Positions 57,478-64,000 of a stretch of 64,000 nt of DNA are shown piece by piece. This DNA comes from Bdellovibrionales bacterium. GTDB taxonomy: Bacteria > Bdellovibrionota > Bdellovibrionia > Bdellovibrionales > JAKFYE01. The stretch is from NCBI GenBank assembly GCA_965116215.1, contig OZ220494.1, positions 1,563,992-1,627,991 of the forward strand, given 5' to 3'. A program made the position numbers and the translations under genes. Numbering within the stretch: the first letter of the stretch is position 1; the number at the start of each line of letters is the position of its first letter. The notes beneath the pieces were generated by a model, which did not search any database, was not told the DNA's origin, and worked only from the letters and a program-made list of their open reading frames with translations.

Positions 57478-57795
57478 CTAATAGGGATAGCCATAATAAG
57501 GATAGCCATAATAAGGCTGTAGGCAGCGACGTCCATAGCTAACAGAGCCATTTTCATCTGTGTATTGAAGGGCTAGATTATTACAAGAGGGGTCGCGGTA
57601 TCTGGGGTCGTTATAGTATCCATACTGATTACCGTATTGGTTGCCATACTGATTACCATACTGGTTACCATATCCATATCCATCGTCATCACAACCAGAT
57701 ATCAACGTTATAGATACAGCCATTGATAAGATAATAAACGTATTTAAAATCACGCTTTTTAACTTTTTTGATATTTTGTGCTGGCAGTGAACCAT
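57478..57795 (-). CDS. Small lipoprotein with (GNQY)4 repeat and Tyr/Gly-rich C-terminus
   Basis: Lipobox LISGC, followed by DDDGYGY(GNQY)4GYYNDPRY...YYGYPYYGYPY; 105 aa. Confidence 0.65.
   Translation of the reverse strand: MVHCQHKISKKLKSVILNTFIILSMAVSITLISGCDDDGYGYGNQYGNQYGNQYGNQYGYYNDPRYRDPSCNNLALQYTDENGSVSYGRRCLQPYYGYPYYGYPY
57622..57669. repeat. 12-bp tandem repeat x4 encoding (Gly-Asn-Gln-Tyr)4
   Basis: atactgattacc / gtattggttgcc / atactgattacc / atactggttacc. Confidence 0.85.
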
Positions 57796-58062
57796 AATAA
57801 ATCCTCCTTACTTATGACTATTTATCGGACCTTTGTATAAAGACTTAAGAAAAATTTATTTTAATTTTCATTGGAGGAAACCAGTTGACCGTTTAAACAG
57901 AGCTGGGATGACATTAAGTGAATAAAAACAGTAGGGATATTGGACTCTGGGAAAAAGTATTGCTAAGAGTTCCTAGACTTTCGATGGAGGTGTATGCCCT
58001 TATGATTGGAGCGGCGTGGAGAAAAACGCTGGCAGGAACCCCTCTGGGCTTTAGGCTGTCTT

Positions 58063-58995
58063 TCAAGATTTTGTAAGAAAATTCATTATTTGATCATATG
58101 TCCAATGGGGTATGTCTTCCATAATGTGATGACCCGCTTCGGAGTGAGTTTTTAGAGTGACATTAGGGATTATGGATACGAGTTCTTCCATGACAAACCG
58201 AGGGATGACTTTGTCCTTTTCCCCATAAAGGATGTGAACTCTTGATGAAATATCTTTGAGTTTGTGGGGGAGCCGAGGATCTTTGACTAATTTTGTGGAT
58301 TTAAAAAAACAAGTCATGCTGTTTTTGTCACTTATGTAGGGTCGCAAATAGGCATTTATGGATTCGGATGTAATAAGGTGGTGATTTGCCATTGCTCTTT
58401 TCATTGCGACTTTAATAATAAATGGACTGAGAAGAAAATGTTGAATTTTTGGAAGTGGGGTTTTTGCCAATTTGTAATAGTTGTATCTTACAATGGAAGG
58501 GTTTGTTGCGGGGGCAAGGGCAATAACCTTAGAGAAACGTTTGGGTGCCATTTTTGATAACCAAAGGGCAATAGTTCCACCCATGGAACTTCCTATGAGA
58601 ATGGCTTGCTTTACCTTAATCTCATTTAAAAAGTCGGTAATAATTTGTGTCTGCTCATCTAAATCATACTTTCGATGAGGATCTTTTGAACTCGATCCAA
58701 AACCAGGTATGTCTAAGGCTGTGACAGTATAATGTCTTGATAACATCGGCATAAGAAACCGCCAAGAGTATATTGAAGCTGATAATCCATGAAATAGAAC
58801 AAGATGAGGCCCTCTGCCCATTTGAGTGTAATAAATGTGTACACCATTGACTGTATGTATTTGCGGAGAGGGATAATGGTGGAGAGATTTATTCCATTGT
58901 TTGCGACGAGAACAGATCCACCATATAACTCCTAAGAGCCCGACAAATAGTATGCCAATGAAGAGGAAAGTCAGTTGATTTGTCATTGTTATCAC
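58063..58995 (-). CDS. Alpha/beta-fold hydrolase with N-terminal membrane anchor
   Basis: HGLSAS oxyanion region, nucleophile elbow GSSMGG, and a C-terminal GHHIMED motif carrying the catalytic His. Confidence 0.8.
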   Translation of the reverse strand: MITMTNQLTFLFIGILFVGLLGVIWWICSRRKQWNKSLHHYPSPQIHTVNGVHIYYTQMGRGPHLVLFHGLSASIYSWRFLMPMLSRHYTVTALDIPGFGSSSKDPHRKYDLDEQTQIITDFLNEIKVKQAILIGSSMGGTIALWLSKMAPKRFSKVIALAPATNPSIVRYNYYKLAKTPLPKIQHFLLSPFIIKVAMKRAMANHHLITSESINAYLRPYISDKNSMTCFFKSTKLVKDPRLPHKLKDISSRVHILYGEKDKVIPRFVMEELVSIIPNVTLKTHSEAGHHIMEDIPHWTYDQIMNFLTKS

Positions 58996-59119
58996 CGTTG
59001 TCGTACTTTCTCACTTCTTTTATGAAAAGTGGAGTGTGAATTTTTTATATTAACTTTTCGGTAGCTTTGACTAAGATATTCACCATTAGCATTCTGTATT
59101 CTTAGAGAAAGGCGATAAT

Positions 59120-59872
59120 ATGTTTTCGGGAATTGTAGAGGCCACAGGTCAGCTTATACATTTTAAGCGTCGTCAAGATGTCTATGAGTTATGCATTTCT
59201 AAACCAAAAAACTTTAATGATTTAAAAAATGGAGACAGCGTTTCGGTAGATGGTGTGTGTTTAACAGTAGAAAGTTTAGCTCGGCGAGATATTGTATTTG
59301 CTGTGACTGCTGAGACTTTAAGGTTTACGGGGTGGAGTAGGCTTTTTAATTCTCCAGATAAAGTGTTTAATCTAGAGCGTTCAGTGTCCTTTGGAGCAAG
59401 AGTTCATGGTCATTTTGTTACAGGTCATGTGGATGGGGTAGGTCAAGTTATCGATAAAGTCAATGACATAGAAACCTGTCGTATGGTTATCGATTTGCCA
59501 GAAAGTCTAATGTCTTTTGCTTGGGATAGAGGAACGTTAGCTCTTAATGGGGTCAGTCTTACAATTCATGTTGTGAGAGGAAATAGAGTCCATCTTAACT
59601 TGATTCCTGAAAGTTTAAAAAGGACAAATTTATGGGAACTACAAATAGGTGATAGAGTCTGTATAGAAATGGATATGATGGCAAAGTCCGTTGTGAATTA
59701 TATTGAAAATTTAAATCCTAAGGAGTATTTCTTGAATATTTTAATGAATCAGATACCTAAGCCGGTCAATTGGTTTCGTCATTCCGTTTTAGGGTGGGGA
59801 GAATTGACGAATGGGATTGAGTTTATCTCCAAGAGTCGCTTAGGCAAAAGATTTCGGAAGAAAAGTCTTTAG
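59120..59872 (+). CDS. ribE: Riboflavin synthase alpha chain, with a ~40-aa C-terminal extension
   Basis: MFSGIVEATG start and duplicated lumazine-binding repeats (GDSVSVDGVCLTV / GTLALNGVSLTI). Confidence 0.9.
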   Translation: MFSGIVEATGQLIHFKRRQDVYELCISKPKNFNDLKNGDSVSVDGVCLTVESLARRDIVFAVTAETLRFTGWSRLFNSPDKVFNLERSVSFGARVHGHFVTGHVDGVGQVIDKVNDIETCRMVIDLPESLMSFAWDRGTLALNGVSLTIHVVRGNRVHLNLIPESLKRTNLWELQIGDRVCIEMDMMAKSVVNYIENLNPKEYFLNILMNQIPKPVNWFRHSVLGWGELTNGIEFISKSRLGKRFRKKSL

Positions 59873-59912
59873 AGATATAGTCAATAGAAATGTAAAGCGA
59901 TAGAGGCTTATT

Positions 59913-61142
59913 ATGTTAAATACAATTGAAGAACTTGTTGAAGATTTACGTCAGGGTAAAATGGTGGTGCTTGTGGATGATGAAGACAGGGAGAATGAAG
60001 GGGATCTTATTTTATCAGCAGAGAGGGCAACACCTGAGGCGATTAATTTTATGGCTAAAAAGGCAAGAGGTCTTATTTGTTTGAGTTTGATGCAGGAGCA
60101 AGTCCAGAGATTAGAGTTACCTTTAATGGTTAAGGATGAATTGAATATGTCATCGCATAAAACGGCATTTACTGTAAGTATTGAAGCTTCTGAAGGGGTA
60201 ACAACTGGAATTTCTGCATATGATAGAGCTCAGACTGTAAAAGTTGCTAGTGACCCCTCAGCGACATCAAAGGATATTGTTATTCCCGGGCATATTTTCC
60301 CTATCAGGGCTCAGGAGGGTGGTGTTTTAAAAAGGGCTGGGCATACAGAAGGGAGTGTCGATCTGTGTAAGTTAGCCGGCTGTTGGCCAGCTGCAGTTAT
60401 TTGTGAAGTGATGAATGAAGATGGGTCGATGGCTCGTTTAGCAGATCTCCAAAGATTTACGAGCGAAAATGATTTAAAAATTGGAAGCATTGTGGACTTG
60501 ATAAGGCATAGAGTTCGTAATGAGTCTTTAGTTAAAGAGTTGGCCAGTACCCGTTTGCCTAATCGGTTTGGTAAAGATTTTCGCATTCGTGTGTTTCAAA
60601 ATGTGATTGATAGATCAGAACATCTCATTGTACAAAAGGGTAACGTAGACGATGGAGAGACAACTTTAGTTCGTGTTCATTCTGAATGTATGACAGGTGA
60701 TGTCTTTGGTAGTTTAAGATGTGATTGTGGACCTCAATTACATAAAGCTCTTGAGATGATTGAGAATGAAGGCAGTGGTATTTTACTTTATCTGAGGCAA
60801 GAGGGGCGAGGTATTGGTTTAGGAAATAAAATTCGTAGTTATGCTCTCCAAGAAGAAAACGGGTTAGATACCGTGGAGGCTAATATTCATTTGGGTTTTA
60901 GAGCTGATCATCGAGATTATGGTATTGGTGCTCAAATATTAAGAGCGATTGGGGTAGAAAAAATTAGATTGCTAACAAATAATCCGGCTAAAAGAGTGGG
61001 TTTAAAAGGTTACGGTCTTGAGATTGTCGAACGTGTTCCTATTGAGATTCCGCCCAATCAGGAAAATTCAAAGTATTTAAAAACAAAGCATACAAAGATG
61101 GGCCATCTTTTAAGTCATTTCGATGAAGGTCTACCTTTGTGA
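59913..61142 (+). CDS. ribBA: Bifunctional 3,4-dihydroxy-2-butanone-4-phosphate synthase / GTP cyclohydrolase II
   Basis: DHBP synthase block ([12 protein letters not shown]; [11 protein letters not shown]) and GCH-II block ([22 protein letters not shown]; RQEGRGIGL). Confidence 0.95.
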   Translation: MLNTIEELVEDLRQGKMVVLVDDEDRENEGDLILSAERATPEAINFMAKKARGLICLSLMQEQVQRLELPLMVKDELNMSSHKTAFTVSIEASEGVTTGISAYDRAQTVKVASDPSATSKDIVIPGHIFPIRAQEGGVLKRAGHTEGSVDLCKLAGCWPAAVICEVMNEDGSMARLADLQRFTSENDLKIGSIVDLIRHRVRNESLVKELASTRLPNRFGKDFRIRVFQNVIDRSEHLIVQKGNVDDGETTLVRVHSECMTGDVFGSLRCDCGPQLHKALEMIENEGSGILLYLRQEGRGIGLGNKIRSYALQEENGLDTVEANIHLGFRADHRDYGIGAQILRAIGVEKIRLLTNNPAKRVGLKGYGLEIVERVPIEIPPNQENSKYLKTKHTKMGHLLSHFDEGLPL

Positions 61143-61627
61143 GAGTTCTAGAGAGCCATGTAGAGCCGGAGATATTAAAAGTAGGTCTTGTTGTCTCCAG
61201 GTTTAATCGTCACATTACAGAAAAATTAGAGAAAGGAGCTCTTAAAATATTAGAACAAGAAGGAGTGAATCCAACTTTCCTGGTTTATGTTTCCGGAGCT
61301 ATTGAGATTCCTCTGATGGCCAAAAAACTGATTGAAGCAGGGTGTAATGGCATAGTGGCTTTGGGTTGTGTTATTCGAGGGGAGACTTCTCATTATGAAG
61401 CCGTCTGTAACACCGTCGAACGTGGGTGTTTATCTGTGCAATTAGAAAAGGGAGTTCCGATTGGGATGGGTGTTTTAATGACAGAAACATCTTCTCAGGC
61501 TTTCGAAAGAACTGGCGGTAAAAAAGGCCATAAGGGAGCTGAGGCAGCAAATGTCACATTGGAAATGATAGGGCTTATTCAATCTATAAAGGATATAAAG
61601 AAGACAGGGGAATATGAAAAAAAATAA
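61139..61627 (+). CDS. ribH: 6,7-dimethyl-8-ribityllumazine synthase
   Basis: [14 protein letters not shown]...[14 protein letters not shown]; GTG start overlapping the ribBA stop. Confidence 0.92.
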   Translation: MRVLESHVEPEILKVGLVVSRFNRHITEKLEKGALKILEQEGVNPTFLVYVSGAIEIPLMAKKLIEAGCNGIVALGCVIRGETSHYEAVCNTVERGCLSVQLEKGVPIGMGVLMTETSSQAFERTGGKKGHKGAEAANVTLEMIGLIQSIKDIKKTGEYEKK

Positions 61628-63854
61628 CAATAACCCCTCTCAGATGAAATGGACAACAGAGCTTCGCAAGAGAAAGAGAGAGTTTATTATTGTTGTTTTG
61701 TTAACCCTTTTGCTTTTTGTTTTAACATGGGTTGAGTTTCGTTTTACTCAAATGGGGGAAGAGCTTCCTTTTTCTGATACGATATTCTTTTTTGCATTAG
61801 TTAATTTCAATTTCATTCTTCTACTTTTGATTTTATTTCTAATTTTTAGAAATGTCGTGAAAGTTTTTGTTGAAAGACGAGGGCGTCTTATAGCCTCTTC
61901 TCTTAGAGCTAAACTTGTCGTTGCCTTTGTGGCTTTTAGTTTTGTTCCTACTGTTTTTATGTTTTTAATTTCTATTTTTTACATCAATAGTAGTTTTGAT
62001 AAATGGTTTAATGTTAAAACAGGTAGCGTTTTAAAAAGTGCCTTAGAGGTAACAGATGTATTTTATAGTTCTGTCAAAGATAAAAATCAGCATTTTGCTG
62101 AGCAGGTTGCCAAACAGATAGCCTTGGCTGAAGATGAAAACATATCAACTCTCCTTGAGAAGTTTATAAATGAATATAGAGTAGACTCTATAGAGTATTA
62201 TGATGATATTATTCAGAGTCCCATTGCTGTGATATCTGAAAATGTACATTTAAGTCAGGTCCCACAGGTCTCTTTAGAGTTTTTGAAAAAAGGTCTTCTT
62301 CTTGGTCATATATCAAGTACAATCCATCATTTTTCAAAGGGAAATCTCATACGTGTTATTGCCCCAGTTGAAAAACCCGAATCTATTGAGGGTGCAATTG
62401 TCGTTTCATCTTATGTTCCTACATCATTACTTTCTAAAATTGATGATATATCGACAACCTATAATCAATTTCGAGAGGATAATCCTTTAGAGTATCCTTT
62501 AAAGTCTATTTATTTGGCTATTCTTATACTGATAACTCTGGTTATTCTTTTTGCTGCCACATGGTTTGGATTTCATTTGGCAAAGCAGTTGTCAACTCCA
62601 TTGTCTTTATTGGGGCGAGCCGCACGCAGAGTTTCTAGGAGGCAGTATAAACCTGTAGAAATTCAATCGGGGAGTGATGAAATTCATCAGCTCATTAAAA
62701 GTTTTAATATAATGATGACTGAATTAGAGAAGTCTGAAGAAGAGGTTCGTAAGAAAAACTCTGACCTCAATGAGTATAGCCATTACATTAAAGTTGTTTT
62801 ATCTAATGTCATGACAGGTGTGTTGTCTTTGGATAGCAAGGGACGTTTGACAGCCTATAGTCAGTATGCTGAGAAATTATTAAAGATCGATTTATCTCAT
62901 TTCACAGGCCAGAAGATTGTTGATTTTATTCCCAAAAAGTATTGCCTTCTCTTTGAAAATATGGTGAATACGTTGCAAAAACATAAGGGTCGAACTTTAG
63001 AGAAAGAAATTTCTATTAAAGTCGTAGACGAGTTAAGAACATTTCAAGTGACACTATCTTCCTTAAAAGATCCAGATCATAAAAATGTTGGTTTAATAAT
63101 AGTTTTTGATGATTTCACAGATATGATAAGTGCTCAGAGAAAATCAGCGTGGACAGAAGTGGCTCGGAGAATTGCTCATGAAATTAAAAACCCTTTAACA
63201 CCTATTCGACTGGCTGCTCAGCGTTTGGAAAAAAAATTTGGAGAAAATGTTTCGGATCCAGATTTTTCTAAGTGTACGCAAACCATTATTAATGAAGTTG
63301 ATGGTCTTAAGGAATTAGTCAATGAATTTGGGGAATATGCACGACTCCCTCAGGCTAAAATGAATATGGCCGACTTTCATAAATTAGTGGATGAAGTTTT
63401 AGTATTGTATCGAACGGGTCACAAGAGCTTAGATTTTAAATTGGAAAAAGATATCAGACTGTCTTCATTTTTATTTGACCCCTATCAGATAAAGAGGGTT
63501 CTTATGAACCTTATTGAAAATGCTATTGCGGCAACTAAAAACCAGGAATTTCCCTCTATAACAATAAAAACACAATATGATAGTGTCCGAAAGCTGGTGC
63601 AGGTAGAAGTTTTAGATAATGGGACTGGGATTCCTCTGCATGTTGGAGATCAGATATTTGAACCCTATTATAGTACCAAGAGTGTGGGTACAGGTTTGGG
63701 ATTAGCTATTGTCAGGAAAATTATTTCTGATCATCATGGAACTATAAAGGTCATGCGCAATAAACCTTGTGGAACTCGTATCCTATTTAGAATGCCTTTT
63801 AGGATTTTTGAAAAAGAGCAGACCTTGGACATGCAAACACTGGAGATACAGTAG
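61614..63854 (+). CDS. ntrY: NtrY-like sensor histidine kinase (TM region, HAMP, PAS, HisKA, HATPase_c)
   Basis: H-box ARRIAHEIKNPLTPIRLAAQRL typical of NtrY and G-boxes (DNGTGI; GTGLGLAIV). A response regulator follows. Confidence 0.8.
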   Translation: MKKNNNNPSQMKWTTELRKRKREFIIVVLLTLLLFVLTWVEFRFTQMGEELPFSDTIFFFALVNFNFILLLLILFLIFRNVVKVFVERRGRLIASSLRAKLVVAFVAFSFVPTVFMFLISIFYINSSFDKWFNVKTGSVLKSALEVTDVFYSSVKDKNQHFAEQVAKQIALAEDENISTLLEKFINEYRVDSIEYYDDIIQSPIAVISENVHLSQVPQVSLEFLKKGLLLGHISSTIHHFSKGNLIRVIAPVEKPESIEGAIVVSSYVPTSLLSKIDDISTTYNQFREDNPLEYPLKSIYLAILILITLVILFAATWFGFHLAKQLSTPLSLLGRAARRVSRRQYKPVEIQSGSDEIHQLIKSFNIMMTELEKSEEEVRKKNSDLNEYSHYIKVVLSNVMTGVLSLDSKGRLTAYSQYAEKLLKIDLSHFTGQKIVDFIPKKYCLLFENMVNTLQKHKGRTLEKEISIKVVDELRTFQVTLSSLKDPDHKNVGLIIVFDDFTDMISAQRKSAWTEVARRIAHEIKNPLTPIRLAAQRLEKKFGENVSDPDFSKCTQTIINEVDGLKELVNEFGEYARLPQAKMNMADFHKLVDEVLVLYRTGHKSLDFKLEKDIRLSSFLFDPYQIKRVLMNLIENAIAATKNQEFPSITIKTQYDSVRKLVQVEVLDNGTGIPLHVGDQIFEPYYSTKSVGTGLGLAIVRKIISDHHGTIKVMRNKPCGTRILFRMPFRIFEKEQTLDMQTLEIQ

Positions 63855-63863
63855 AGGTAAGAA

Positions 63864-64000
63864 ATGAGTATTTTGAGAAAAGAAAAAATTTTGATCGTGG
63901 ATGATGAAGCGACTATTCGCGACTTGTTGGCAGCTTCACTGACAGATGAGGGCTATGAGGTTGTTTCTTGTCAAAATGGTAAAGAGGCATTGGAGATTCT
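63864..64000 (+). CDS. Response regulator receiver domain (NtrX-like), 3' end beyond the window
   Basis: The ATG at 63864 lies 9 nt after the ntrY stop. MSILRKEKILIVDDEATIRDLLAASLTDEGYEVVSCQNGKEALEI is a canonical REC N-terminus. It is absent from the ORF track because it is truncated. Confidence 0.8.
   Translation, partial: MSILRKEKILIVDDEATIRDLLAASLTDEGYEVVSCQNGKEALEI

Noticed and set aside
58996-59119. FMN (RFN) riboswitch expected upstream of ribE-ribBA-ribH
   Set aside because: The 124-bp intergenic region lacks the conserved RFN core as I recall it (about 130 nt, GC-rich) and is too short. ribD is also absent from the cluster, so regulation appears different here.

Overview
A 64 kb chromosomal window from a low-GC (about 37-38% by eye) Gram-negative bacterium. 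The gene content and order look like a Bdellovibrionota/Oligoflexia-type (formerly delta-proteobacterial) genome, but this placement is low confidence and I cannot name the taxon. Supporting features are pilB-pilT-pilC-pilS-pilR in the order I recall for Myxococcus, tolQRAB, and several sigma-54 enhancer-binding proteins. Most of the window is housekeeping. It holds a 5'-truncated SNF2-helicase/HNH fusion; an operon of two ArsA-like ATPases, an EI24/CysZ-like protein and a GshA-like protein; and tig. It also holds ctp plus an EnvC-like M23 peptidase, sufBCDS-nfu, tolQ-tolR-tolA-tolB, and the rpsU-yqeY-dnaG-rpoD macromolecular-synthesis operon. That operon is followed by a tRNA(CAU) and RNase P RNA. 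Further on are a leucine-catabolic methylcrotonyl-CoA carboxylase cluster, the type IV pilus motor and regulator cluster, ribF, ribE-ribBA-ribH, and ntrY/ntrX. The accessory-looking part is about 37.8-44.6 kb. It contains two mosaic paralogous genes for signal-peptide/glycine-zipper membrane proteins with duplicated upstream regions. One copy carries a textbook sigma-54 promoter (TGGCACAACACTTGCT). That copy also carries a 235-bp (AAAAC)47 microsatellite between the promoter and a conserved 20-bp palindrome, where the other copy has only two units. Next to this pair lie palindromic MITE-like repeats (another copy at about 25.2-25.6 kb), a Xer-type tyrosine recombinase, and a receiver-less sigma-54 activator co-oriented with a secreted trypsin-like protease/Sel1-repeat fusion. 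A second notable stretch (53-58 kb) concentrates in-frame tandem repeats. These are (Ser-Thr)8 in PilB, an 84-bp-repeat lysine-rich H1-like protein with an acidic tail, and two Asn/Tyr-rich repeat (lipo)proteins. All calls come from reading the sequence and the ORF track; no database searches were run.
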